Notes: generated by a model not told the origin, from the letters alone. A DNA stretch of 62,866 bases, filler included, from Octopus bimaculoides (GCF_001194135.2; 7 parts of 6 records of this genome joined end to end with filler, not necessarily neighbours in it), one strand, 5' to 3'. Counted from the first letter of the whole stretch, positions 36,012 to 48,589 are shown. Program-made: numbers and translations.

Positions 36012-36064
36012 CTTCTGGGAAAAGGTGACCAGCAGACAGGCCCCTACAATGGCTAAAGCAGAAC
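36012..36064 (-). CDS. NIPAL2: NIPAL2/3-like exon (most 5' exon found)
   Basis: tctgtatttgtag|...|gtaagt, phase 1->0; GSALAIVGACLLVTFSQK resembles GTTLAFAGTYLLVNFAP. Confidence 0.85.
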
Positions 36065-36153
36065 CTACAAATACAGAGATTGATAGAACTGTTAAGCCCG
36101 TCCGAGGATTTAAGAAGAAAAATTCACACACACACACACCACACGCACGCACA

Positions 36154-36184
<31 letters not shown>

Positions 36185-36250
36185 CAGACGCTCACACACA
36201 CACACCCACACACACAAGCAAACGAACCCACCCACACCCACACCCACACA

Positions 36251-36350
36251 NNNNNNNNNNNNNNNNNNNNNNNNNNNNNNNNNNNNNNNNNNNNTTAATT
36301 AATTAANNNNNNNNNNNNNNNNNNNNNNNNNNNNNNNNNNNNNNNNNNNN
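36251..36350. other. Artificial scaffold linker
   Basis: N44-TTAATTAATTAA-N44; interrupts the NIPAL gene. Confidence 0.9.
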
Positions 36351-36379
36351 ACACACACACACACACACATGTATATATG

Positions 36380-36785
36380 GGTGAGGACAGCTGCACGAAG
36401 AAGTGCCATGCTCTAATTGTGGAGAGTACCTGTGGAAGGGGTAGACCCAGGAAGGCATGGGATGAAATGGTGAGAAAAGATCTTTGGATGCTGAGCCTCA
36501 CTGAGTAAATGACAAGGGATCGGGAGATGTAGTGGTTTGTTGCATTTGATAAGACATATCAAGCTAAGTAAAATCTTCTTCCACACATACTGGCTTGTCC
36601 TTTCAGGTGCCAGTGCCACTTAAGAAGCACCTGTACCAGTGCTCCATAAATGCACCCATTCTTGTAACACATAAAAAGCACCCAGCACACTGTTAAGTGG
36701 TTGGCATTAGGAAGGACATCCAGACATGAACCGTCCAACCCATGCTAACATGGAAAGTGGACATTAAACGATGATGATGATGATT
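36380..36785 (+). mobile_element. RTE LINE 3' end with a family-4-type 3' UTR and (GAT)n tail
   Basis: KKCHALIVESTCGRGRPRKAWDEMVRKDL is the RTE C-terminal RGRPRKTW motif; ends ggacattaaacgatgatgatg. Confidence 0.75.
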
Positions 36786-37119
36786 TATATATATATATTA
36801 TCTGAAGTGTACAGTATTATATTTCTATTATGGCTGATCTTACCAATCTATTTTGCACAAGGTATTCAGCGGAGCATTAGGTAACAATCTGATTATGTAA
36901 TCCTGCACTCATCAGAGGTAGCTGATATGAAATGAAAAATGGAGATCCAGAGATGTTCAATATAGAAAACAATTAGTAGCACTCAAGTGATTTGAACTTA
37001 AACTCTGAAATCTTTACCGAGGACTAAGTCTGCCGGGTAAAGAGTGACTAGAAGAGGAATCCAAGTGAGCAGATATGAAGATAATGATGCAAATAAGGAA
37101 ATGAAACTGCCAGTTCTGG

Positions 37120-37400
37120 TGCCATGTTAAAAGCATCCAGTCCACACTCTAACATGGTTGGCATTTGGAAGGGCATCCAGTTGTAAAAATCATGCCAAAA
37201 CTAACCTCACCTGTGCTAGTACCACGTAAAAAGCACTGAGTCCACTCTATGGAGTGGTTGGTGTTAGGAAGGGCATCCAGTCGTAAAATACCTGCCAAAA
37301 CAGACACAGTAGACTAGGGTAGTTTTTCTATCTGGCCAGCTCCTGTCAACTATCCTATCCTTGCATGCATGGAAGATTGACGTTAAACGTTGACAATGAT
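37120..37400 (+). mobile_element. SINE family 4 fragments (CpG-decayed)
   Basis: ggttggcatttggaagggcatccag...; ggttggtgttaggaagggcatccag...ggaagattgacgttaaacg. Confidence 0.7.
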
Positions 37401-37553
37401 GAGGAAGAGGATGATATACATGTAAATAAAGAGAATACAAAGACTGGAAATATCCAGATAATGAATATTCATGTGTGAACATATAGATATATATTTACAC
37501 ATGAATGTTCTTTTTCTGAATATGTGCAGTCTTTGTCTCTATATACATGTATA

Positions 37554-39845
37554 CAGTAGTACCCCAGTATTCACGGAATTTACGTTCCTAGAGCACCCAC
37601 AAATAGTGAAAAACCGCAAATATTGGACGTGGTCCATAAAAATGCCTATAAATGTCAAAATATAATGTAATATATATATNNNNNNNNNNNNNNNNNNNNN
37701 NNNNNNNNNNNNNNTATATACATATATATATATATATATGTACATATATATATATTTATATATACATATATACTCTCTGAGTGGTTGGCGTTAGGAAGGG
37801 CATCCAGCTTTAGAAACTCTGCCAAATTAGACTGGAGCCTGGTGTTGCCATCCGGTTTCACCAGTCCTCAGTCAAATCGTCCAACCCATGCTAGCATGGA
37901 AAGCGGACGTTAAACGATGATGATGATATATGTATGTATATATAAAATATATGTGTTTATATAATATTTAATAATAATTTAATAGAAAATAAAGTAAAAT
38001 GCACAGTTACTTACCAATAATGAATGATATTGATTTAAGATGATGATGATGAAAATAATGAAGGTAATGACTGCTGCACAGCAGAGAAGATTTAAACTTC
38101 TTCAGGTGATGCCTCTTCAAGTGTTTTAGGGGATGCCGTATCTTCGTGCCGTATCTTGGTGGGCTTGAGGAACATTGTGATGAGAAGTTGCTGTCGTTTC
38201 TTCATGGTGGTGAGGAGAGTTTTATATGTCTGTATGGCAGCATTGATGGCACTTTTAAAATGGAGATATAGGGATTCCATGCTTTCACCTTCCCTTGCAA
38301 TTCCTTTGCTGTCCTTAAAAGGTTGGACAGACGTTCGATTGCCAGGCTCACCTCATCCTCCTCTGGATCTGGCACTTCCTCTCCTTCTTCGTTGGCAGAC
38401 TTCGTTAATTCCAGCAAATCTTCATCTGTCAGGTTTTCAGAATGGGCATCGATGAGGTTGTTGACCTCATCTCACCTGATGGTGTCAAAACCTTCACCAC
38501 TGCATTGTTGGCAGCCTTGTACTGAATATCTTCAGGTGAGAAGCCCTCATAGTCTTGGACACACTCTGGCCATACCTTCTTCCAGAATGCGATGTAAGTT
38601 TTTTTTTTATGTCTTTAAGAGCAGCGTGGATGACTGACAGGCATGTTGTGATCGTGAAGTTAGGCCAGTACACCTTTACTTGAAATTCTTGTCTGAATCC
38701 ATTGCGTCCACATGGTGGCGGAGAAAGTTCCGAGTGTAAAGTGCCTTGAAGGCAATGATCATGCCTTGATCTATAAGCTGGTTGAGGGAGGCGGTGTTGG
38801 CAGGGAGGAACTCGACTTGGATACCCTCATGATTCAAATCCAAAGAGTGACCTCCAGCATTATCCATCACAAGTAACACCTTGAATTCCATGCATACATT
38901 TTGGAGATATTCCTTGGCTTGAGAGATGAAGCATTGATGGAACCAGTTCAAAATTAGACTTTTTTAATCCAGGTCTTGGGGTTGTGCATCCAGTGGATAG
39001 GCAGAAAGTTTTTAGTCTTATTTTTGAAGGTCATTGGGTTCGTGGACTTGTAGATAAGTCCTGGTTTCATCATGAAGTCAGCAGCATTGCCACACATAAT
39101 TAGCGTCACTTTGTCCTTCTGGGCCTTAAATCCTGGGGTTCTGGCTTCGTCCTTCATGATGTACATTCTGGAAAGCATCTTCTTCCAGAAGAAGCCAGTC
39201 TCATCCATACTGAAGACCTGTTCTGGCTTGTATCCCTTGTCCTCAATGATCTGCCTGAAGGTCTTGAGGTACTTCTTGGTGGCTTCTTTGTTGCCAGATG
39301 TTGTCTTTCCATGCAGGGAAACACTTTATTTTAAACCGTTTCTGGAAACAGTCAAGCCATCCCTTGCTGGTTTGAAAATCTTTGTGCTTGGGTGCTGTCA
39401 ATTGTCTTGGTTGTAGTTCTTCAGTGCCTTCTGCTCCGTCTCCTCTGTCAAACTGCTGGTATAATTTCCGCACTTTCTTGTGGATCATGTTACTGCTCAA
39501 AGGAATGTTTTTCTTCTTGCAGTCACTGATCCACAATGCCAAGGTAGATTCCATCCTGATGAAGTTTAGCATGTTCATTGAAACTTATTGCTATGGTAGT
39601 CCTAGCTGCCACCTCACTCTTCTTTATATAGCGTATGGTGCTTTTGTTGACGACATAATAGTTACCTACTGCAGCATAACTTTTACCTTCCCGGAGCATA
39701 TCCAGCAGTTGTACCTTCTCATGGAGCATCATAACCTTTTTCTGGTGCTTAGGTTCACTGCCAGAAGCCTTAGAAGGTGTAGGGCATTTGGGCAGCATCT
39801 TAGGGCTTTAAAGATGCCGCCCAAATGCCCTACCCAAGGTGTCGG
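37554..39845 (-). mobile_element. Tigger/pogo (TIGD1-like) DNA transposon remnant, 5'-truncated, with a nested SINE
   Basis: TA|CAGTAGTACCCC terminus at 37554; CENP-B-type HTH KKVMMLHEKVQLLDMLREGKSYAAVG; DDE_1 motifs MDETGFFWKKM, KDKVTLIMCGNA and VLLVMDNAGGH. Confidence 0.9.
37785..37925 (+). mobile_element. Young SINE family 4 insertion inside the Tigger
   Basis: gagtggttggcgttaggaagggcatccagc...gcatggaaagcggacgttaaacgatgatgat, CpGs intact. Confidence 0.85.
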
Positions 39846-40216
39846 AGAGAGTTCCGAGTGTAAAGTGCCTTGAAGGCATGGATCATGTGAAAAACAAAAC
39901 ACTCGAGATAGCTGCTGGACACAGTTAAAAGAAAGAACATACAAAAAATCTTCCTTGCCTCTAATATGCACATACCACAGATGGGAGATTGAGTAGAGAT
40001 TAAAAATAATCAGTTTGTATTACCACTAGACACAGTAATCTATACTATAATAATAAGAGTGAGTATATTGGCTCATGACCTTAGAAATTCTTTTGTTATA
40101 TTTAAAATTAATTGAAAGAAACACAGAGCATCTCAACAATAATATGGTTACAAAAGGGTTCAGTTGGTGTTTGGAACATAAATTAATGTGAAATTGTGGT
40201 GGAAGGTTTTAATTTA

Positions 40217-41096
40217 CAGGGTGGGTGAAAAGTAAGTAGGTATTAAAAACTGATAATAAAATCCATTTTCCTTTTACAAATTTATTGAAATAAATGACAC
40301 GTGTTCTTTATTACATTGGAAAATGACAGTAAATCTTCATATTTCAATGTAAGCACCAGTGGCATCAGCCAGTTTCCTCAAACTGGTAGGGGTGGAATGA
40401 ATAACTTTCTGAAGGACGTTGTCTGGGATATCATTGAGAACCTCCTGAATCCATGTCTCCAAGTCCTCCAGTGTGTGAGGTTTTGTCTTGTATGCCTCCT
40501 CTTTTGTGTAACCCCACAAGTAAAAGTCACATGGAATGAGATCTGGGCTTCTTGGAATTTTGGACTTCTGTGGTTACAGTCTTCAGGTTTTAACTCCTGC
40601 ACATAATGGGGTTTCTACAGACAAAAATTCAATTCTTTATGCAACACTGTACATTTTGTGTCTTGTTAGTTCACTTTCACGAGCTGCTTGATGTGTTGAT
40701 TTTTGTGGGCTGTGACTAAACGTTTCCTGCACTGTTGCCACGTTCTCCATTGATTGGGATATGGTTGGACAGCCACTTCTGGCATTGTTCACAGAGCCTG
40801 TGATCATGTAATTTGCATGACAACTTTTTATTATCTCCGGACGTAGTGTTGCATGCTTACCTTTTCCATGTACACCACATCTCTGAACCAAAACAATAGG
40901 ATTCCTCACTTCATAAAGTGCTGCTATCTTAGCTCGCAGCTGAACAGTTAAGCGACCAGTGATCTAGAAAACAAGAAATAAGACTAAGAACTCCCCATTA
41001 GTGTTGTCTGTTTAAAAAATGTTTTCATTATGACTGCAGTAATACTAAAAATTCTATAAACAATTTCTAATGCCTAGTTACTTTCCACTCACTCTG
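40217..41096 (-). mobile_element. Internally deleted DD37D-like (maT-type) Tc1/mariner element
   Basis: Imperfect TIRs TA|CAGGGTGGGTGAAAAGTAA...TTACTTTCCACTCACTCTG|TA; PRSPDLIPCDFYLWGYTKEEAYKTKPHTLEDL. Confidence 0.82.
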
Positions 41097-41199
41097 TAGA
41101 TCACTTTAAATAGGAAGTTTGTATTGTAGAAGTAGGTGCAGTCTCTGTTGGGTTGATGTCAGAACAATTAATCATTATTAGGGTCACTTTGCTTTTCAT

Positions 41200-41580
41200 C
41201 TCTATGGAATCAATTAGTACTGAAGATCAGAAGCATAAAGTATTCTAGACTGCAATAAAGTGTGCCAAGTGAATCAAAATATTGAAAGTGAAAAATGTGT
41301 TTGAAATGACAGTGGTGTAATTAGTTTCATTGATGCCGAGAAGAAAAAGTCCTTGAAATGTTATTACAAGAAGTTGCTGAATATAAAAAAATATATAGGA
41401 AGAAGAGGATCTATTCCAAGTAGACCCAAAAGAGAGACCAACTTTTGAAATAGACATTGAAAATGACCTTTAAGAATATGAATTCATAGAAAGCTGCCAG
41501 ACCATCAGATATAGCTGCTGAGATAATGAAAATATCCAGCAAAGTAGAGATGTTGAAAAGATCCAGCAAAGTGAAGCTCA
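41200..41580 (+). mobile_element. RTE LINE fragment (pre-RT region)
   Basis: KNMNS*KAARPSDIAAEIMKIS resembles the RTE KAAGPSGIxAEMLK motif. Confidence 0.55.
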
Positions 41581-42189
41581 TTTTTCATTCGCTGTTGACT
41601 GAATTAAATATTTGTTCTATTAATTGTATTAAAAACAAAATTATGGCTTAGTCATAGAAAGAAATGCAAGCCCATGACTCTTTTCAGGGTGTCTGAGACT
41701 GGTGGATGGAAGGGAGGAAGTTATTCTTAGATTGTAGACTGGCCTGAATACTTTCATCAACCAGATGGTGGCATTAAATCAATCAAGAGATTAAGTATAT
41801 GACTCAAGATTTTTGGTGTATGTATGTATGAATGCTTGTGTGATAACATGCATGTCTGTTAGTCTGTAGCTTATATTGTATCTGTACATTGATGTATGTA
41901 TTTTGAAGTGACTGTCTGTTGTGGAGGTGTATATGTATATACACAATTATATTCATATGCTAATTATATTTAAGTTAATGTTGTACAATCTTGCTAATGT
42001 TATAAATATATTTGTGGCATTAATCCTATTGCTATTTCTAATCTTTGTATTAAATATTCATCTACTCAAACCCTTGACATGATATCAATTTCTAGTGGTA
42101 AAATATGATGATGAGGCTTTTATCTTATTTTGCCCCAAATATTGGAATGCTTTTCAAACATAAGGGTAGGTTTAGAGAGAGAGAGAGAG

Positions 42190-43450
42190 AGACAAAAAGG
42201 GAACAAATATATTTGGAACAAAGAATTTGGAAAGAACAGTGGTTATCTTTGAGGTGTATTGCTTGAGAGTAATAGGAAGTGCAAATGGCTTTGTTGTTTG
42301 AAACGACTAGAGATGCTCTAGTACTTGACACATGGTGAATCTAATGGAACAGAGAAGGATTTTGGAAGAAATTTATTGTTTGTGTGGAGAGAGAGAGAGA
42401 GAGAGAGAGAGTTAGGTGCAAAGTGGACAGCAAATGTGGTTGGATTCTCTACAAGAACCCTGTTTATAGAACCATAATTTTGAGGAGTGGAGAGAAGGAT
42501 TTGACAGAATTGGTAAAGACCATTTTTGATAAGAAATTGGAAGGACTGGCTGCATAGAGCTGAGTGAACCACTTGAAGGGTTTGGAGCTTTGAGTTGTGG
42601 TATGTGAAATGTGGAAAGACATTCCTAAAAGGATAGTTTCAGGTGGTGAAGGTTGGATCACATACCGCAGAGATAACAGAGAATGGGCATAATTCCAACT
42701 AGTCAGCTGATTTGAAGAGTCATAGGGTTGGGGATGTATTGTATATGGGTGTGTGGTGGATCACTGAGATAAGCCAGTAGTTGAACAACTGATAGATGCA
42801 GAAATAGTGATGAATTTTGGAAGTGAGAAAAAGATCAAGGATGCTTAGAGTGTCTTTGTGTAAGCCAAGGATGAATCTAAGAGATAAAACTAATTTGTGT
42901 AGAGTTGAGGATTTCAAAAGGTCCGGTTTCTGTACTGGCAGCATCAGTGTAAGTGTGAGAGCCAAGAAGAGTGGTGAGTGTTAGTCACTGAGGATGATGA
43001 TTTGATGGGGGAGTAAAATGAGAAAAATATCCTTGATGCAGGAAGGGATATGGTCAAAGAGTTGGAGGGTAGTAGAGAAAACAGATGTATTTAGATAAGT
43101 AGAAGGTGGAGACTGAGCAAGAGTAACTGGAAACCTTTGTTGATGATATCCAGGTGACTGGGTGCAAGATTTAAAAAAGATGTGCAGACACTACCTTTCA
43201 GAGTGAAGTTTGAGTATAAAGTGTAATCTGAAAAGCAGTGATGATTTGCCTAAGGGTAGAAAATTTGCTATTCAGAGAGGAACAGTATGTGTATTTTGTG
43301 TGTTAATAAGAGAGGATGTGTAGGTTCTAGGTTGAATCAAAATCTATAGCTTTTAGAAAAGAGGAGGGAAAATTATCCAGCAGATTTACTGTTGTTATTT
43401 GGCATTTAAAGAAGTGTAGTGGTTATTAGAGTACTGTGAAAGCACACTAA
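42190..43450 (-). mobile_element. Highly decayed CR1/Jockey-group LINE (APE endonuclease and downstream)
   Basis: Reverse strand LSILDLFLTS...SDxH-like segment at ~42760-42860; boundaries approximate. Confidence 0.5.
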
Positions 43451-44559
43451 CAATAATTGTAATCCTATCATGAGTTTGGTCTGAATGTTTCTGAACGTAA
43501 ACTTCATGAGAGGCACCTATTAGCCAGATGATGACAGAAAATGGTAGAATGATGTGGCTGCCCCCTCACTTAAACAATGCGATCAGAGAAGAAAATCCAA
43601 AGAAATTGATAAACAATCTAATGTAGTACAAATTGCAAAAGAGACATAGTGTGTATATGAGGTTGATAGATGTGTATTGGGAAGAATCCTTGATGTAGGA
43701 AGTGCAATGATTGGATTTGATGAAGGTAGTGGTGTTGGAAATGTAAGAGGAGGTGTGGCTGCAGGGATGAGCATAGGGGAAGAATCTAGGAGTGGGTTGG
43801 AGTTTGGAGAAGGAAAAGCTGTGGATGAAGAGGCTGCTTAGGTTACAAACCTGCTTAACTCAAAACTTGGCAATGAATTGTCTGTCTTTCAATGCTTTTA
43901 ATCAGCTGATCACTCTTCTCAGTATCTCTCAGTCTTTGGTTGGGCCTCCAGCATCAGATTTCCTGCCACTTGCTTCCTGAGAGAACAAGAGGTCATCTTT
44001 CTGAAAACACAAATACCTTTTTATTGTATGAATTCATCCCTCTATTTTTTTCCAGCTTCCACTTCCTGATCTCTACTCCCCTTTTCCCTTTCACCCTGCA
44101 TTTCTACCCACTACTTACACCTCACTCCTCTCCACTTCTGCACTTACTTCTACACATTAACAAGGCTTTCACATACTCTTCCCTTTGATCATCTATCCCC
44201 TACACATTCACAACTTTCACTTATGCATGCATATACACACATATTTTTACCTACCATCTTGTCTTTTTGGTGTACACACATACATGCACCAGCACACTGG
44301 CACACTCCATCACATGGCCATACACCAGCTCATAGACATAGACCAGCACATACAGCATTACACACACACACACATACACCAACTGACAATTACTCCTTAC
44401 CCACTCTTATTCACCTACCATCATCTGTCTTTGACACATGCACACACACATAAGCGCATATTCAAATACTCTTTACATATGCACACACACACATGCACAC
44501 TAATTGGTACCCTTTTACATATTTTCTTCCCTTCACTTACATATACTGGTTCCTAGCTA

Positions 44560-45595
44560 ATTGTCTTTTCATGTTGGGGATCAGATGATAGTCAGGGTGA
44601 TCAACTAGTTCAAAGCCACATTCATGCACAGCAGCCATTGAAAGCAAGGACTTGTGAGCTGGAGCACTGTTCTGATGGAACAAAACTCTTTTCATCAGTT
44701 TTCCTGGACATTTGGTCTTGATAGCCTTTTGTAACTACCTTAGTGAGTTGGCATAGTACTCTCCATTGATGGTGTGGCCCTTTTGAAGATACTCAATAAT
44801 GAAAATGCCTTGTGCATCCCAAAAAATTGAGGCCAACACCTTCCCTGCTGATGAAAATACCTTGGCCTTGGAGTAGGTGAGGAGCAGTGTTTCCACTGCA
44901 AGGATTGTCTGTTTGTCTCTGGCTGAAAGTGATGAACTCAACACACATTATGGGTTAGAAAATGTTTAAGGAAACCAGCTAGATCTGCCTCAAACAATGT
45001 CAGATTTTCCTGTGATATCAACCTGGTGTGCTTTTGATCAGGTGTCAGAAGACGTGGCCCACACCAAGTAGAAACCTTCGTGATTGCAAGTTCATTATAC
45101 AGAATATTCTCTACTCTCTTACAAGATATGCTAATAGAATTGATTATTTGATTTATAATCAATCGCCTGTCATCCATTAGTATGTGGTGAACACGGTCGC
45201 TATTTTCCTCATTAGTGGCAATTGCAGGACATTCAAACCCTGGGTCATCTTCAAGGTTCTCTGTTCCCCTTCTAAATTTAGCTGCCCACTTTTGCACAGT
45301 TAATAAAGCTGGAGTGTTATCCCTTAATGTAGTAACCATGTCAGCATGAATATCATTGGGGGCTAAATCCTTTTTTTACAGGTACTTGATAACATTGTGA
45401 TGTGAAATTTTGTCCATTTTTCACGAGAAATCACTACTAGTTACATTTGAAATCTTTTTTGAACAGTGAAATGTCAGTTTACCCTGAAAGAAATGATGCA
45501 GTTATTAAGAAGAGTTGAAGTTAATGCATGCAAGATTTCACAGCTCTAGCATCACTCTTTCTTAGTCAGCTTATGAACTTTTCAGTCCACCCTTG
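44560..45595 (-). mobile_element. Mariner remnant
   Basis: Terminus TA|CAAGGGTGGACTGAAAAGTT at 45595; TVQKWAAKFRRG..NLEDDP, PRLLTPDQK and SAGKVLASIFWDAQGIFIIEYLQKGHTINGEYYA. Confidence 0.85.
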
Positions 45596-46039
45596 TAAAA
45601 CCAACTGAATCCAAGATTCTAACTAACATTATAATCCCAGTTGTTCTAAATAAGCATTTTTTGGTGAAGAGTAAATTGAAATCTCAATGATCTTTTTTCT
45701 TTGGCACCTTTTCTTTGACAAACTTTGGCTATATTTAGATGGTGTGCCTGCTAGTTAGTGGTTGTACGCAGCCAAGATCAATGGCTACAAAAACATACAC
45801 TGCTTGACTTAGGCTACAAAATTCAGTGACTGCTACACCCATCTCTTATGGACACTAAAATGGATCCACTTGCTGGTCTCACATCCCTTTTCTATTGTTA
45901 CCAGAACTACCACTGTTCTTTCATTATGCACACTTTCATATTACCCAATTAACAAAAAACTCACACATACACATCAACATGCTCCACTCTCATTAACCAA
46001 TGTTACAATACTTGCATGCATTTATGCACATGTTGTTGT

Positions 46040-46410
46040 TGTTGGTACTCCGTCACTTACGACGTTGAGGGTTCCAGTTGATCCGATCAACGGAACAGCC
46101 TGCTCGTGAAATTAACATGCATGTGGCTGAGCACTCCACAGACACGTGTACCCTTAACGTTGTTCTCGGGGATATTAAGCGTGACACAGTGTGACAAGGC
46201 TGACCTTGTCACAACAGAAACAGGAAGTAAGAGTGAGAGAAAATTATGGTGGAAGAGTACAGCAGGGTTCGCCACCATCCCCTGCCGGAGCCTCGTGGAG
46301 CTTTAGGTGTTTTCGCTCAATAAACACTCACAACGCCCGGTCTGGGAATTGAAACTGCGATCCTATGACCGCGAGTCCACTGCCCTAACCACTGGGCCAT
46401 TGCACCTCCA
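46040..46410 (-). mobile_element. SINE family 3, full length
   Basis: Reverse complement of 12085-12462. Confidence 0.88.
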
Positions 46411-46674
46411 CATTTATACACATACATGCATCAAACTAACACACACACAAACAACTTGAATTACCCTGGATTATCACCCAGATTACAAAGGATTAGCAGG
46501 TTGGGCAAAATGCTTAGCAGTATATTGTCTGTCTTTGTGTTCTAAGTTCAAATTCTGCCAAGGTTGACTTTGCCTTTCATTCTTTTGGGGTTGATGAAAT
46601 AAGTACCAGTTCAGTACTAGGATTGATACATTATTCATATTTGACAGATATTTGTCCTCATCTTGTTTGTTGCT

Positions 46675-46715
46675 AACGTTTCGGCTGATATACCCTCCAG
46701 CCTTCACCAGGTGTC
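46675..46715 (-). ncRNA. Minimal hammerhead ribozyme motif (left arm)
   Basis: gacac-CTGGTGA-A-GGCTG-GAGGGTATAT-CAGCC-GAAACGTT; A6->G variant, perfect 5-bp stem II. Confidence 0.55.
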
Positions 46716-46961
46716 TTGGGGAAATTTCGAACCTAGGTTCTCATTCCTAAGGTATTTTCGATGTTGTTGTTGTTGTTGCTGCTGTTGCTGTTGTTGTTGT
46801 TGTTCAGGTCACTGCTTGGAATCAAACTCGGAATCTTGGGGTTAGTAGCCCACGCTCTTAACCCCAAGATTCCGAGTTCGATTCCAAGCAGTGACTTGAA
46901 TAATAATAATAATATCGATAAATACCTTAGGAATGAGAACCGAGATTCAAAATTTTCCCAA

Positions 46962-47006
46962 GACACCTGATGAAGGCTGGAGAGTATATCAGCTGAAACG
47001 TTTTAA
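46962..47006 (+). ncRNA. Minimal hammerhead ribozyme motif (right arm)
   Basis: gacac-CTGATGA-A-GGCTG-GAGAGTATAT-CAGCT-GAAACGTT; canonical CUGAUGA/GAAA core and palindromic ACGU stem III; stem I 3' strand degenerate. Confidence 0.6.
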
Positions 47007-47299
47007 CAACAAACAAGATGAGGACAAATATCTGTCAAATGTAAATAATGTAAATAATGTACATAATTCCTCATCTCTTAAATATAGAACTGTACTAGGA
47101 TTGATGTAATTGACTTATCCCCTCCCCCAAATTGCTGGCCTAGTGCCAAAATTTGAAACCAATATAATGGGGTTACAGTGGCAAATAGTGACTACATACT
47201 AATAATATTTGAAAGTGACAAGGGACCAGGAGATGTAGTGATTTACTGTACTTAATAAGATGTGTCAGCTAAGTAGAATTGCTGTCTTCCACACATACA

Positions 47300-48010
47300 G
47301 GTTTGTCTTTTAGGAGCAGGTGCCATTTAAAAAGCATCTGTGCTGGTGCTGCATTAACACACCCATACCAAGCGAAATTGTGATGGCACCTGTACCAGTA
47401 AATCACTAAGAGCACCGTCCGAGCATGATCGTTGCCAGAGCACCAGCTGTCTGGCTTTCGTGCCGGTGGCACGTAAATAGCACCATTTGAGCGTGACCGT
47501 TACCAACGTCGCCTTCCTGGCACTTGTGCCAGTAGCGCTGGACTGGCTCCTGTGCAGGTGGCACATAAAATATACCATTTCGAGCATGGCCGTTGCCAGT
47601 ACCTCCTGACTGGCCTTCATGTCAGTGGCACGTAAAAGCACCCACTACACTCTTGGAGTGGTTGGCGTTATGAAGGGCATCCAGCTGTAGAAACTCTGCC
47701 AAATCAGATTGGAGCCTGGTGTAGCCATCTGGTTCACCAGTCCTCAGTCAAATCGTCCAACCCATGCTAGCATAGAAAGCAGACGTTAAACGATGATGAT
47801 GATGATGATGATGATGATACGAGCGCTATGTAACTAGCAACCATGCCAGTGATGTGTAAAAAGTATCCAGCACACTGTTAAGTGGTTGGTATTAGGAAGG
47901 GCATCCAGTCATAGAAACTATGCCACAACAGACAGTTGGAGTCTGAGCAGCTCCATGTCAAACTGCCCAACCCATGCAAGCATGGAGACTGGACATTAAA
48001 TGATTATGAT
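47300..48010 (+). mobile_element. SINE family 4, long copy plus a second decayed copy
   Basis: Internal tandem units, then gagtggttggcgttatgaagggcatccagc...gacgttaaacgatgatgat (to 47815); second copy 47860-48010. Confidence 0.8.
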
Positions 48011-48173
48011 GACATTGTAATCATATTGCTTTATATTGATGTTCACTGAATCTTTCTCTAATGTAAACATTACCTATTGCTAAGATACCTAAAATTATAG
48101 ACTTGAGAATCATTTTATATGATAAAGCTCTTTGACAAACTATCTAATTTTATTCTATTGTATTTTTTTCCAG

Positions 48174-48326
48174 AATATAATATGATTAAATCCTATACCC
48201 GAATTCCCTTCAAACTGTGGAAACATCCAGCAAGTCTGGATCAAATAAAACTGAAAGGATCAATTGAACATGCACATAAAAAAGTTCCAAAACCAAAGAA
48301 TAGCAAAAATGATAAAGACAAGAATG
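48174..48326 (+). CDS. Candidate internal exon of an unidentified gene
   Basis: ttgtatttttttccag|...|gtaatg, 153 nt, phase 1->1, only one open frame: EYNMIKSYTRIPFKLWKHPASLDQIKLKGSIEHAHKKVPKPKNSKNDKDKN. Confidence 0.5.
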
Positions 48327-48589
48327 GTAATGATATTTGACAATTGAATTTACTCTTATTGCCAGCTTATCAAGCAACTGCAAATATAATTAGACTTCAT
48401 AAGTCACTCGAATGATTTCTGGTAGGCATTGGGCAAAACCACTATACTGCATCATTACATATTTTCTGGTTATGTATGGTTTCCAGTTAGTTCATTCACC
48501 AGAAATTTCCCTATACCTATTATGATTGCATTATATTCAGGAATTCCATCCTGTAGTGTTTTGTCTAATTCCTTTCAAATGAAGGACAT

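Larger units (their letters stand above)
46628..47091. mobile_element. Foldback element: two inverted copies of a tRNA-headed SINE-like unit with a Penelope-type hammerhead tail; 14-bp TSD
   Basis: Arms ~46628-46843 and 46859-47052 are reverse complements; TSD GTACTAGGATTGAT at 46614-46627 and 47092-47105; B box GAGTTCGATTCC at 46874-46885. Confidence 0.85.
46495..47165 (+). mobile_element. SINE family 2 split by the foldback insertion
   Basis: The 5' part ends ...aagtaccagttcagtactaggattgat and resumes gtactaggattgatgtaattgacttatcccctcccc. Confidence 0.8.

Noticed and set aside
40039-40065. TCTATACTATAATAATAAGAG resembling a Helitron 5' terminus
   Set aside because: Too short, and no matching 3' hairpin or CTAG end was found.
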